DNA of 64,000 nt from Candidatus Latescibacterota bacterium (GCA_965208125.1 OZ242320.1:1216001-1280000), one strand, 5' to 3'; shown: positions 20,801-28,851, numbered from the stretch's first letter. Program-made: numbers and translations. Notes: generated from the letters alone by a model not told the origin.

Positions 20801-21134
20801 GTCCATCAAGACGGTGACCACAACTGATTTGATCGTCGTGCCGCCAACAAATCTGCAGGCTGAGTACAATGACAGTGGTCCCGCGGTCGTTTTGAACTGG
20901 ACAGCCCCTGACGAGTTTGACAGTTTTACGATTCAACGTGCAGTACTCGCCGCAGGTACTTCCAGTCAAGCCTTAACAGACGCAGATTATACGACTTTGG
21001 CCTCCGCAATTCAGAGCGATTTTTATAGCGATACAAATATTCAAAGTGGCACCATCTATGTTTACCGGGTCCACACAAATCTTTCCGGACGGATCAGTGT
21101 TCCTTCAGATACTGTGCTTATGCCGGTTCCATAG
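14895..21134 (+). CDS. Giant fibronectin type III repeat lipoprotein (~20 FN3 domains)
   Basis: GAGGAG RBS, lipobox-like AMWGC, repeated I.L.W....Y.I.R....YVD......Y.YRV.AV FN3 pattern. Confidence 0.93.
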   Translation: MNHWWTRRLQVGLLGIAIILIAMWGCGRERVNPIDSQYEGEGTVALNSPGNIRAQGDIGRIILNWNPVNSTSLAGYGIWRSTSATGSYELLRGESSVPDVTTARTTYVDSTVDVSVSKIYFYKLSSVDVEGQASELSTFVSAEVLDDTRAPAMPTNFVAITDADGKQVTLGWSAPETDVGNQELTGLSGYRIFRIKDSQGKLQIQGAETALIALATELGIDLDNLGEISEDLKDIFVELGTVPAGQTYFLDTDGLEAGVLHVYVVIAVDPDGNIGPPALALVTISAPGANVPVPAGLRATQNEQARIVISWNPVNDPNLLGYLVLRSQSTQGPFTPVTSDTLFTTGQTTYVDSLVATDQVYFYKVQTVVQDPNLGLLHSDPSTFIDGQALADQSAPGAPSDLIVSLDDANFQRVMLSWTAPVTDRNGNELTGLASFEIYRSRDNNTSFALIATVSSDQASFVDTSVELLTTYFYAIRAVDQAGNAGPRSQPISVTTKGFAIPRNVQAAGGEQKITLTWAANTEPELTGYEILRYTDPTHETPDKTFSSVLTTYVDTPVTADQPFVYRVRAVGTANVKSELSAPVSAQATESAPVLAAPRNVQARGGIGHITITWSANTEAELTGYRVMRYTDPAQTVAEATFTTVQTTYVDSPLVAEQTYVYRVQAVGTNNEESETSLYASATVSADQSAPGAPSDLILSLDDANFQRVMLSWTAPTRDSNNNELTGLASFEIYRSRGNNTSFALIATVSSDQASYEDTSVELLTTYFYAVRAVDQSGNAGPRSQSVSVTTKGFAVPRNVQAAGGEQKITLTWAANTEPELTGYEILRYTDPTQETPDQTFSSVLTTYVDTPVTADQPFVYRVRAVGPSNVKSELSAFVSAQATESAPVLAAPRNVQARGGIGHITITWSANTEAELTGYRVLRYTDPAQTEAEATFTTVQTTYVDSPLVAEQTYVYRVQAVGTNNEESELSLYASATVSADQSAPGAPSDLILSLDDANFQRVMLSWTAPTRDSNNNELTGLASFEIYRSRGNNTSFALIATVSSDQASYEDTSVELLTTYFYAVRAVDQAGNAGPRSQSVSVTTKGFAIPRNVQAAGGEQKITLTWAANTEPELVGYEILRYTDPTHETPDKIFSSVLTTYVDTPVTADQPFVYRVRAVGTANVKSELSAPVSAQATESAPVLVAPRNVQARGGINQITITWTANTEAELTGYRVMRYTDPAQTVAKATFTTVQTTYVDSPLVSGQTYVYRVQAVGTNNEKSELSLYASATVATDQSAPGAPSDLIVSLDDANFQRVMLSWTAPTRDSNNNELTGLASFEIYRSRGNNTSFALLTTVSSDQASYEDTSVELLTTYFYAVRAVDQSGNAGPRSQSVSVTTKGFAVPRNVQAAGGEQKITLTWAANTEPELTGYEILRYTDLTQATPDRTFSSILTTYVDTPVTADQPFVYRVRAVGPSNVKSELSAPVSAQALESAPVLAAPRNVQARGGIGHITITWSANTEAELTGYRVMRYTDPAQTEADATFTTVQTTYVDSPLVAEQTYVYRVQAVGTNNEESETSLYASATVATDQSAPGAPSDLILSLDEANFQRVMLSWTAPVTDRNGNELTGLASFEIYRSRDNNASFALIATVSSDRVSYVDSSVELLTTYFYTVRAVDQAGNAGPRSQPVSVTTKGFAIPRNVQAAGGEQKITLTWAANTEPELTGYEILRYTDLTQATPDRTFSSILTTYVDTPVTADQPFVYRVRAVGPSNVKSELSAPVSAQATAPAPVLAAPRNVQAIDGIEYIAITWLANTEAELIGYRVLRYTDPAQTEAEATFTTVQTTYIDAEVVVGRTYVYRVQAIGSNNEESELSLFASAEVLPDNSPPATPSNFEAALASSGTSIELSWDAPTRDRDINILTGLAGFVIYRLEVSSTDASNVALTRIATIDDPTQEMYRDTNLRSQTEYRYRISAIDHRGNESPPSSIKTVTTTDLIVVPPTNLQAEYNDSGPAVVLNWTAPDEFDSFTIQRAVLAAGTSSQALTDADYTTLASAIQSDFYSDTNIQSGTIYVYRVHTNLSGRISVPSDTVLMPVP
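16066..20490 (+). repeat. Five tandem 885-bp repeats (295 aa, 3 FN3 domains each)
   Basis: Anchor ctgg(t/c)gc at 16081, 16966, 17851, 18736 and 19621. Confidence 0.95.
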
Positions 21135-21149
21135 AAGTCCGCAAGAAAG

Positions 21150-21191
21150 GAAAAAAATGGCGTCCTTCAAAAGAAGGACGCTATTTTTTTT
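21150..21191 (+). terminator. Intrinsic terminator after the FN3 gene, probably bidirectional
   Basis: A-tract, hairpin atggcgtccttc-aaaa-gaaggacgctat, T-tract. Confidence 0.88.
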
Positions 21192-21273
21192 ATATAAATA
21201 GAAGCCAAACTGTCGCCTTTTATGCGTCAGATGTACGAGTCAAAAATTTTCATAATATCTTTAACTGATTTTT

Positions 21274-21318
21274 TATCAACATGTTATAAATTTTATTACT
21301 CCTGGCACACATTATGCA
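21274..21318 (+). promoter_or_regulatory. Sigma54 -24/-12 promoter with upstream IHF site
   Basis: TGGCACACATTATGCA (GG-N10-GC) at 21303-21318; TATCAACATGTTA at 21274-21286 matches the IHF consensus WATCAAN4TTR. Confidence 0.7.
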
Positions 21319-21360
21319 TGATGTCTCTTGTAAAACAACTCATTACATACTGGAGGTTTT

Positions 21361-22710
21361 ATGGGAGACATACTGATTGTTGATGGAAACCCGCAACGCG
21401 CAATGCAATTGGCGCAACTGGTAGAAGAACTGGGTGCCAACACGCGCATAGCGGGTTCTTTTTTTTACTGCTTGAAACGCATTGAAGAAAGAAAGCCCGA
21501 TCTCGCCCTTGTCGCTGAAATCCTCCCCGACGGACGGGGCTTAAAACTACTTCCCGTATTTGATGGCCTGTGTCCCGTCGTAATTGTGGGTGAATATATG
21601 GCATCTGATAGAATACTCGAGGCTTTATCGTCGGGAGCGCGCGATTTTCTCGTACACCCCATTGACCGGCAGACGCTGGATATTCTGATCTCTCAATTGC
21701 AAGTTGAGGGCAAAATCGCACTGCACTATCTGTCTCAGAATCCCAGAGGCGAGTCGCCCACGGGGATGGTGATTGGATCGTGTCCAGACATGTTATTCGC
21801 ACTCAAGCGCGCGGGCCTGGCATCGCGAACATCAGCCACGGTCCTGATCTATGGTGAAAGTGGAACCGGAAAAGAGTTAATGGCGCGAGAAATCCATCGG
21901 GCATCGGGACGGGTGGGTGCATTTGTAGCACTCAATTGTGCGGCAATAGCGGAAAACATTGCCGAAAGCGAACTCTTTGGGCATGAGCGAGGTGCTTTTA
22001 CCGGCGCCATAACCCGTCGGGCAGGGTGTTTTGAACAAGCCGATGGTGGCACGCTCTTTCTCGACGAAATTGGCGAAGCTTCGCCTGCATTTCAGGCCAA
22101 GCTATTGCGGGTATTAGACCGCGGTGAATTTGTCAGAGTTGGCGGGCAATCCCCCATACAAACGCAGGTTCGGATCATTGCTGCCACCAACCGCGATCTC
22201 GACGCCATGATTGAACAAGGCGAATTTCGTCTGGATTTGTTTTACAGGCTCAGTGCCGTGACCATATCCCTCCCCCCTCTGCGAGAGCGCAGCGGAGATA
22301 TTCCACACATTGTTCAAGCAATGCTAACGCGATTGAAAACCGATACGGGCGTAGAGGTTCAAGGGGTATCTGAAGCGGCAGTTGCGTATCTGGCGAGATG
22401 TGAATGGCCAGGCAATTTAAGGGAATTGCAACACGCCATTTACCGCGCAGCCCTGGCCTGTCAGAAAGGGGTCATTCGACCCGAACATATCGATGTGCTC
22501 AGGCCCACACATGCCAGCGCACAGGACAAAATTGAAACCCTGAATGAAATCGAACAAGCGCATATTGAGCGGGTGTTACTCACGACCGATGGCAACCAGG
22601 GGCGTGCCTGTGAGTTGCTCGGGATATCGAGACCGACGCTGAGACGAAAAATACGCCGATACGCGGCTGAAAGAACAAAAAATGGTCAGGTGAGTTCGAC
22701 CTTGACTTGA
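21361..22710 (+). CDS. Sigma54-dependent transcriptional activator (NtrC-like, atypical receiver, Fis HTH)
   Basis: GESGTGKE, ESELFGHERGAFTGA, LFLDEIGE and WPGNLREL motifs; C-terminal HTH. Confidence 0.95.
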   Translation: MGDILIVDGNPQRAMQLAQLVEELGANTRIAGSFFYCLKRIEERKPDLALVAEILPDGRGLKLLPVFDGLCPVVIVGEYMASDRILEALSSGARDFLVHPIDRQTLDILISQLQVEGKIALHYLSQNPRGESPTGMVIGSCPDMLFALKRAGLASRTSATVLIYGESGTGKELMAREIHRASGRVGAFVALNCAAIAENIAESELFGHERGAFTGAITRRAGCFEQADGGTLFLDEIGEASPAFQAKLLRVLDRGEFVRVGGQSPIQTQVRIIAATNRDLDAMIEQGEFRLDLFYRLSAVTISLPPLRERSGDIPHIVQAMLTRLKTDTGVEVQGVSEAAVAYLARCEWPGNLRELQHAIYRAALACQKGVIRPEHIDVLRPTHASAQDKIETLNEIEQAHIERVLLTTDGNQGRACELLGISRPTLRRKIRRYAAERTKNGQVSSTLT

Positions 22711-22730
22711 AAAAGAGTGCGACTCATACT
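22702..22730 (+). promoter_or_regulatory. Putative sigma70 promoter of thrC
   Basis: TTGACT-N17-CATACT. Confidence 0.55.
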
Positions 22731-22764
22731 ATGGTGAGTTCTCAATCTTTTTCAGGAGGTATTT

Positions 22765-23931
22765 ATGGGATTTCTCATTGATCTAATTTGCACAAAAACG
22801 GGCAAAGCCTATTCCAAAGACCGGCTCTGGAATTTGAGCCCAGAGGCAGAGGCACCGTTCTTTGCCCGATATGATCTCGATGCAGTTGCAAAAGCCATGC
22901 GCCGGGAAAAACTCGCAGCACGAGTACCGACAATGTGGCGTTATGCCGAAGTTTTGCCGGTCGAAAACGAGCAATTTCAGGTGAGTCTCGGCGAAGGATT
23001 TACCCCATTGTTACAAGCAACATCGCTGGGGCGAAAAATCGGTATGCCAAAGCTGTACATCAAAGACGAAGGGTTAAACCCGACAGGGTCATTTAAAGCG
23101 CGAGGCATGTCGGCGGCAATTTCAAAAGCTGCAGAACTGGGCGCTCAGGCCATTGCCATACCCTCGGCAGGCAATGCAGGCGGTGCAACAGCCGCTTATG
23201 CTGCGCGAGCGGGCTTGCCAGCGCATATTTTTATGCCCAAAGATGTACCACAGGCCAATTACATCGAATGCAAGGTCCTGGGCGCACATGTCGAATTAAT
23301 CGACGGCCTGATTTCCGATTGTGGAAAAATTGTGGCATCGCGCAAAGAAGTCGAAGGCTGGTTCGATATCTCGACACTCAAAGAACCATACCGCGTGGAA
23401 GGCAAAAAAACAATGGGCTATGAATTGGCCGAACAATTTGATTGGGAATTGCCAGAAGTCGTCATCTATCCAACCGGAGGTGGCACGGGACTGATAGGCA
23501 TGTGGAAGGCATTTGACGAAATGGAACAAATGGGCTGGATTGGCTCAGAACGCCCCCGCATGATATCCGTACAAGCCGAGGGATGCGCGCCTATTGTCCG
23601 GGCTTATCGCGCAGGAGAAGAACACGCCGAACCGTGGACCGATGCCGAAACAATCGCCGCAGGTCTGCGCGTTCCCGCTGCGGTAGGCGACTTTTTGATG
23701 CTAAAAGCCATTCGCGACAGCGGTGGATGCGCGCTTTCCGTCACAGATGAAGAACTGATGGCATCCGCGTCAAAAATGGCTGCTGCCGTGGGTTCATTTC
23801 CCGCACCCGAAGGCGCGGCTACCCTCGCTGCGCTTGAGAAACTCATAGCACAAAATCTGGTTAACGAACGCGAGCGCGTCGTATTATTCAACACGGGAAC
23901 GGGCTTAAAATACATCGAACTATTTGAGTAA
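22765..23931 (+). CDS. thrC: Threonine synthase (PLP fold II)
   Basis: LGEGFTPL, NPTGSFKARG, SAGNAG, EGKKTMGYE and FNTGTGLKY motifs. Confidence 0.9.
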   Translation: MGFLIDLICTKTGKAYSKDRLWNLSPEAEAPFFARYDLDAVAKAMRREKLAARVPTMWRYAEVLPVENEQFQVSLGEGFTPLLQATSLGRKIGMPKLYIKDEGLNPTGSFKARGMSAAISKAAELGAQAIAIPSAGNAGGATAAYAARAGLPAHIFMPKDVPQANYIECKVLGAHVELIDGLISDCGKIVASRKEVEGWFDISTLKEPYRVEGKKTMGYELAEQFDWELPEVVIYPTGGGTGLIGMWKAFDEMEQMGWIGSERPRMISVQAEGCAPIVRAYRAGEEHAEPWTDAETIAAGLRVPAAVGDFLMLKAIRDSGGCALSVTDEELMASASKMAAAVGSFPAPEGAATLAALEKLIAQNLVNERERVVLFNTGTGLKYIELFE

Positions 23932-25239
23932 TACAGCATCTGCAGCCGCATACCCACTCCTGACAGCGCCTTCGATAGTCGGTGGCAATCCAGTGTCAGT
24001 CCAATCGCCCGCGAGAAACAGACGGGGGTGTGGCGTCTGGGTTTTGGGCACTGCACAAGAAAGTGGCAACGCGCAAGTCGCCGCGTGTTCGCATATCACT
24101 TTGGCGTGTAATATCTCGGCCTGTCGGCTTTCGGGAAAGACCTGATGGAGTTCTCTACAAGCCATGTCAATGAGATCATCATTTGACATGTGTAAAAGAT
24201 GATGCGCCGCACTTGCAACCATGGTGAGAAAGCCCTCAGAAGCGCAGTCATAGTTACCATAGAGCACGGACTTGTTAAAAACCCATTCCATTGTCGTACC
24301 GAGCAACCCGCACATAGGTTCCCGCATAATGGGTCGATCAAACCACAAGTTTACAGAAAGAATGGGTGATGGCTCGTATTGACAAAGCGTGTGATGGAGT
24401 TCGGCAAAGATTTTCCCACAAATCATCCTGGCGAGTTGTAGCGGAGGAACCGCCGCAATACACATATCTGTATCTATCACATCTCCCGAACGGGTATGGA
24501 TGCGAACGCCAGAAGAAGCAGGCACAATAGATGTCACGGCTTTTCCGCACAGAACCTCGCCATCCCGTTTTGAGATATATTCCCGTGCGCGATTCTCAAA
24601 CAAGCCGCTCAGACCCGTCCGCGCATATCCCAACCGCGCGCCATCTGGCTCGCCCCAAAAAGCTTCTCGCAGCACGGCTTGAAGATACCGCGCACTGGCA
24701 TTTTGAGGTCGTTGGTTAAGGGCGGCAATACAAAGCGGATCCCAGAAAGCCTCCCGCATACGCGGTTTCTGGCCGCAATCGTCGAGCCAGGCATCCACCG
24801 TAAGACCGATATCCAGATCCTTGTGCAACTCCGCCACAATTTTTCTCAACGGCGGGATATCTGTCCAGTGAACCGCACCAAATCGCAAAAAGCCCAACAA
24901 CAGATTCAGCGACACGGGTAAAAAGGATGGAAACCTCAATGTGTACGCGCCATCAACGGCGTGGCGAAAGTCTATTCTGAACTGAGGTTGAAACACCACA
25001 TCGTCGCGCGCACCAATCCGATCGAGAAAATCGAGCGTCTCCCGATAGCACTTCATCAACAGATGCTGCCCATTGTCAACAGTATCGCCCGTAACGGGAT
25101 CTGTAAACGAAAAGGTACGCCCTCCCAATTGCTGCCGCCGCTCCAAAAGTGTAACGGAATATCCGGCATCGCAAAGGCGAACAGCTGCTGCAAGACCCGC
25201 AAACCCTCCCCCGATTATGGTTACGCGTTTCACAATCAC
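23920..25239 (-). CDS. hpnE: Hydroxysqualene dehydroxylase HpnE (FAD amine-oxidase fold)
   Basis: GGGFAGLAAA, DNGQHLL and LAGDWTDTGLPPTIEGAVRSG motifs; follows hpnCD; GTG start overlaps the hpnD stop. Confidence 0.92.
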   Translation of the reverse strand: MIVKRVTIIGGGFAGLAAAVRLCDAGYSVTLLERRQQLGGRTFSFTDPVTGDTVDNGQHLLMKCYRETLDFLDRIGARDDVVFQPQFRIDFRHAVDGAYTLRFPSFLPVSLNLLLGFLRFGAVHWTDIPPLRKIVAELHKDLDIGLTVDAWLDDCGQKPRMREAFWDPLCIAALNQRPQNASARYLQAVLREAFWGEPDGARLGYARTGLSGLFENRAREYISKRDGEVLCGKAVTSIVPASSGVRIHTRSGDVIDTDMCIAAVPPLQLARMICGKIFAELHHTLCQYEPSPILSVNLWFDRPIMREPMCGLLGTTMEWVFNKSVLYGNYDCASEGFLTMVASAAHHLLHMSNDDLIDMACRELHQVFPESRQAEILHAKVICEHAATCALPLSCAVPKTQTPHPRLFLAGDWTDTGLPPTIEGAVRSGYAAADAVLLK

Positions 25240-26084
25240 CCCCAGGCGAAACGACTGCCCAGCCAATAGCGCAGTGCAATGCCCAGTTTGTGCAAATCGT
25301 TGAGGCGAATAGACGCGCCAAAAACATCGTAGTTGGCGCGCTGGATCTTCACGAGCAACTGGGCATAAATTTTACCCATAATCTGCGCCGAAAACATGGA
25401 AGCCCGGTCCTCGGCTGGAAGCAATTCTTCGGCTGTTTGATAGTAGGTCCACGCGCGCTGCGCTTGAAACCGCATCAAATCGATAAACGCCGCGTTATAA
25501 TCTCCACGAGCAAGAGCCTTTTCCGTATATCCAAACCGCGTCATCTCTTCCTGCGGAAGATAAATGCGGTCCTGTTGCCAATCCGTATGCACATCTCGCA
25601 AAATATTGGTCAGTTGAAGCGCGAGCCCCAGGTTGACGGCGTAGTCGCGGGTCTGCGGATTGCGGTACCCAAAAATTTCAATACAAATTAACCCCACAAC
25701 CGATGCGACCCGATAGCAGTATTCGCGCAACTCGTCAAACGTCGCATACCGATTCTTAGTCAAATCCATCTCAACACCCTCAATAAGCGCCAGAAAATGC
25801 GCTTTGGGAATGGGAAAATCCCGCAAAACGCCCTGCAGATTCTGCGCGATTGGATGGGTGGCATTGCCCTTATAGCAGGCGTGGAGTTGCTCGCGCCATG
25901 CATTGAGTCGGCACCGCGCCTCTTCTGGCGAAGCCGCATCATCCACGATATCATCTGTATGTCGGCTAAACGCATAAGCCGAAAAAATGGCCTCGCGTTT
26001 TTTGCGCGGCAAAAAAACAAAAGCGTAAAAAAAATTCGTTCGAGCGCCTCGCACGATCTTGGCAATGTGTTTTTTGAGGTTCAC
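25236..26084 (-). CDS. hpnD: Presqualene diphosphate synthase HpnD
   Basis: NFFYAF, DDIVD, YCYRVASVVG and LQLTNILRD motifs. Confidence 0.92.
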   Translation of the reverse strand: MNLKKHIAKIVRGARTNFFYAFVFLPRKKREAIFSAYAFSRHTDDIVDDAASPEEARCRLNAWREQLHACYKGNATHPIAQNLQGVLRDFPIPKAHFLALIEGVEMDLTKNRYATFDELREYCYRVASVVGLICIEIFGYRNPQTRDYAVNLGLALQLTNILRDVHTDWQQDRIYLPQEEMTRFGYTEKALARGDYNAAFIDLMRFQAQRAWTYYQTAEELLPAEDRASMFSAQIMGKIYAQLLVKIQRANYDVFGASIRLNDLHKLGIALRYWLGSRFAWG

Positions 26085-26965
26085 GATTGGACGCCTCGAA
26101 AAAAAAGCGTTTTCAACAAAAGCACGGGCAAATCGCGTTTTGTAATAGTGGGTCGTCGATGAAAAACATCACAATCGTTATCGCGAATCTTCTTTAGAAT
26201 ACGCATCCCCCCCAAACAGGTCAACCGCAGTTCAAAGCGCAACCGCCCTTTCACCATACCCAGCAGGGGATAACCCTCCACAAATAGATCCCGTGTGCGA
26301 TTGATGAGATAATCCATAAGCCTGCAAAATTGCGGCGTAACGCGCTGATCGCGCAAATCTGAAATCCCCACGCCAAACCGTTTGAGATCCTCCTGCGGGA
26401 GATAAATGCGCCCGCGCGAAAAATCAATTGCAATATCCTGCCAGAAATTGGCGAGTTGCAACGCGCTACATATCGCGTCAGAATACCGCGCATAGTCCTC
26501 GCCGCGATACCCAAACAGATGGAGAATAAGCCGCCCCACGGGATTGGCAGAAAAAGTGCAGTACGCCAGCAAATCCCGATACGTCTGATGCCGTTGCGTC
26601 GTCACATCCATGCGAAACGCCGTGAGCAAATCCCTGAGCAATTGCACGGGCAAATCGCGCGTGCGAATCGTCTCTGCAAGTGCCGTAAATATCGGACCAA
26701 CCGGATCTGAAAGACACGCATCGAGACGCGCTTCCCACTCAGCCAGATGATCGAGACGCTCATGCATCGTCAAACCCGGCTCATCGGCAAAATCATCCGC
26801 CGTGCGCGCAAACGCATAGATACTATACACATGGGGCCGCATCGATTTGGGGATAAGCACCGAACCAACCGGAAAATTCTCATAATGCGCACGGGTAAGT
26901 GCCTCGCAATGGGCATAAGCCTCTGCAATCGCAATCCCGCGGGTATTGTATGCGGTCTGTGACAT
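26081..26965 (-). CDS. hpnC: Squalene synthase HpnC
   Basis: HYENFPVGS, ADDFADE, SANPVGR and LQLANFWQD motifs. Confidence 0.93.
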   Translation of the reverse strand: MSQTAYNTRGIAIAEAYAHCEALTRAHYENFPVGSVLIPKSMRPHVYSIYAFARTADDFADEPGLTMHERLDHLAEWEARLDACLSDPVGPIFTALAETIRTRDLPVQLLRDLLTAFRMDVTTQRHQTYRDLLAYCTFSANPVGRLILHLFGYRGEDYARYSDAICSALQLANFWQDIAIDFSRGRIYLPQEDLKRFGVGISDLRDQRVTPQFCRLMDYLINRTRDLFVEGYPLLGMVKGRLRFELRLTCLGGMRILKKIRDNDCDVFHRRPTITKRDLPVLLLKTLFFRGVQS

Positions 26966-26971
26966 AAGGTG

Positions 26972-27000
26972 AAGATACGACAGGGATGTTGTAAAATCAA
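26972..27000 (-). promoter_or_regulatory. Putative promoter giving a leaderless hpnC mRNA
   Basis: TTGATT-N17-TATCTT ends 6 nt before the ATG; no SD sequence. Confidence 0.5.
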
Positions 27001-27020
27001 TATCTTGACTTCTACGGCAC

Positions 27021-27068
27021 AAAAAGAAAACACCCCAGCATCTTTGTGCCGGGGCGTTTTGTGTGTCA
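27021..27068 (-). terminator. Shared terminator element, copy T1
   Basis: Minus strand AAAACGCCCCGGCACAAAGATGCTGGGGTGTTTTCTTTTT. Confidence 0.8.
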
Positions 27069-27162
27069 TTTAAATTCAATACCAAAACGGTTATTTATTT
27101 TTTCACTTTTCACTGCGACCAGTGCACGGAATAAGCGTGTTATGTCTCGGAGGCTGAGAACA

Positions 27163-27387
27163 TCAATCAGAACGAGAACTGCATGCTTGTAAGATGAGAC
27201 GTTCTTTTTGTTCGCTTACCGTGACGGATTCCTCGCAATCTTTAATGATTTCGTCCAACTCCCGTGCAACTGCATGCATATTGTCACCATGGCAACCACC
27301 AAAGAACAATCTTGGACAGGTTCCGACATAACATTGATCAATTTCTGACCATTGTACTGTGCCACCATATTTTGTTGTCATTGCCAT
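27163..27387 (-). CDS. hicB: HicB-like antitoxin (short form)
   Basis: KY...VQWSE.DQCYVG.CP.LF.GGCHG pattern; lies downstream of a hicA remnant. Confidence 0.75.
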   Translation of the reverse strand: MAMTTKYGGTVQWSEIDQCYVGTCPRLFFGGCHGDNMHAVARELDEIIKDCEESVTVSEQKERLILQACSSRSD

Positions 27388-27389
27388 AT

Positions 27390-27476
27390 TTAAGCCCTCT
27401 TAATAGCGTCTTTTACAGCTTTTTCTTGATAAGGTTTTGCATCACTACCGAGGTCCCCTTGTCTTTTAACAGGCAT
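27390..27476 (-). pseudogene. hicA: Internally deleted hicA toxin remnant (28 codons)
   Basis: MPVKRQGDLGSDAKPYQEKAVKDAIKRA* with AGGAGG RBS. The HicA-like C-terminal DAKPYQEK is present; the central GSH core is missing. Confidence 0.65.
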
Positions 27477-27529
27477 CTCATGCCTCCTGAAATAAAAACT
27501 TTGCAATTCAATCCCATATACTTAAAACG

Positions 27530-27561
27530 AAAGTAGCCGATTTCTATGGACCTGTCAACAC
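27530..27561 (-). promoter_or_regulatory. Sigma70 promoter, identical 32-bp copy 1
   Basis: TTGACA-N17-TACTTT; identical to 37696-37727. Confidence 0.8.
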
Positions 27562-27725
27562 CTGCATCGCGTCACATAATGGGCGACCGTGGGCTTGCAT
27601 TAGCAAATGAATGCGACCTGGTCCAAACCAAAAAGGAAACCCACAATAATGTTGTCCATACCTGAAACCCGTATTGCCTTGAATCTGTTGTTCAAACAAT
27701 AGCCCTACATTAAATGCAACAGTAC

Positions 27726-27780
27726 AAAAGAGAACGCCACAGCATCGTTGTGCCGGGGTGCTTTTGTGTGTCAGATAACC
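27726..27780 (-). terminator. Shared terminator element, copy T2
   Basis: aaaagagaacgccacagcatcgttgtgccggggtgcttttgtgtgtcag. Confidence 0.75.
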
Positions 27781-27801
27781 AATTTCCAATATGTTTCATC
27801 T

Positions 27802-28851
27802 TTACGCGGAATCCAACGGGTGTTTATCCAAATACGCAAATAAATCATTCATAAAATCATTGGTAAGCCTGCCAATAACGTATGCTTTATCTTGTCCTGG
27901 TTTCCAAAAGGCTTCATGTATCGCACCGCTGCGATAGCCATAGATGAGGTCTAACGTTTCACGTTTTCGTTTATCAAAAAACTCGCTCTTATCAGCGCAT
28001 AGATGATCGCACATCTGCTTAAAATTTCGCTCTATTTGCTCTCCTTTCTTGTTTATGGTATAAATCTCATTTTTAGTCAGGGGTTTATAAACGTACTTAA
28101 TCAGTGTTTCAGTGACCTTTCCACAAAGCATGATCGTCGCCAGATAACACTGATTTATGTAGCATTCAGAAGCCTCTTCAAGCATGTGCTCTATGGCATC
28201 CACTATGTCTTTGTCAAAATCAGGTGAAGCAGATTCCAATGCATTAAATTGCAAGGGGTCCTCAGTGTTTTTATTTTGTAATTTGGTGTAAATTTTTTTT
28301 ATTAATTTTTTTATTTGATTGCTTAGGGATATTTGATTTGGAGTTATATACGATAGGTATGCTCCAAACGATTCTGAAAACTCGCGCCTCTTCAAATATT
28401 CGACATATTCTTTAACGACTTGCTCAACTTCCATATTTTTTTTAGCATCGTCTGTATTTAAATAAGTTAAATAGTCATTAAGAATTTCCATTGGCAGAGA
28501 TTCGGTCCGAAACTCTGCCCTGAGTGCTCGTATTGCCTGCATATCTATTTCTGTATATTTCGGTTCACATATCAACACCTGGAATATATCTAAAAACGAA
28601 CTCCCCGTACTCTCAAAATAAAATCTCCGTAAGCCCTCTTCTGGTCCTTCAAACCATTTTTCAGGAGGTGCGACCATCCCATAAAGTCGTTCAGCAATTA
28701 GTTCGTCATAGTCTGGAACTTCCAATTTAAGTGGCGAAACGATTTTACGAATAAGTTCATATACCTTTTTATCTGGTCTTAACGAGAACAGGATAAAAGC
28801 AATCGCAAGCCGAGAAAATGTCTTGGCGTTCAATTCGTTGACGTCGTCCAT
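27802..28851 (-). CDS. AT-rich protein with C-terminal HEPN (DUF4145-like) domain
   Basis: EA..CY....YLATIMLCGK..E helix and RxxxxH motif RSGAIH. Confidence 0.6.
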   Translation of the reverse strand: MDDVNELNAKTFSRLAIAFILFSLRPDKKVYELIRKIVSPLKLEVPDYDELIAERLYGMVAPPEKWFEGPEEGLRRFYFESTGSSFLDIFQVLICEPKYTEIDMQAIRALRAEFRTESLPMEILNDYLTYLNTDDAKKNMEVEQVVKEYVEYLKRREFSESFGAYLSYITPNQISLSNQIKKLIKKIYTKLQNKNTEDPLQFNALESASPDFDKDIVDAIEHMLEEASECYINQCYLATIMLCGKVTETLIKYVYKPLTKNEIYTINKKGEQIERNFKQMCDHLCADKSEFFDKRKRETLDLIYGYRSGAIHEAFWKPGQDKAYVIGRLTNDFMNDLFAYLDKHPLDSA

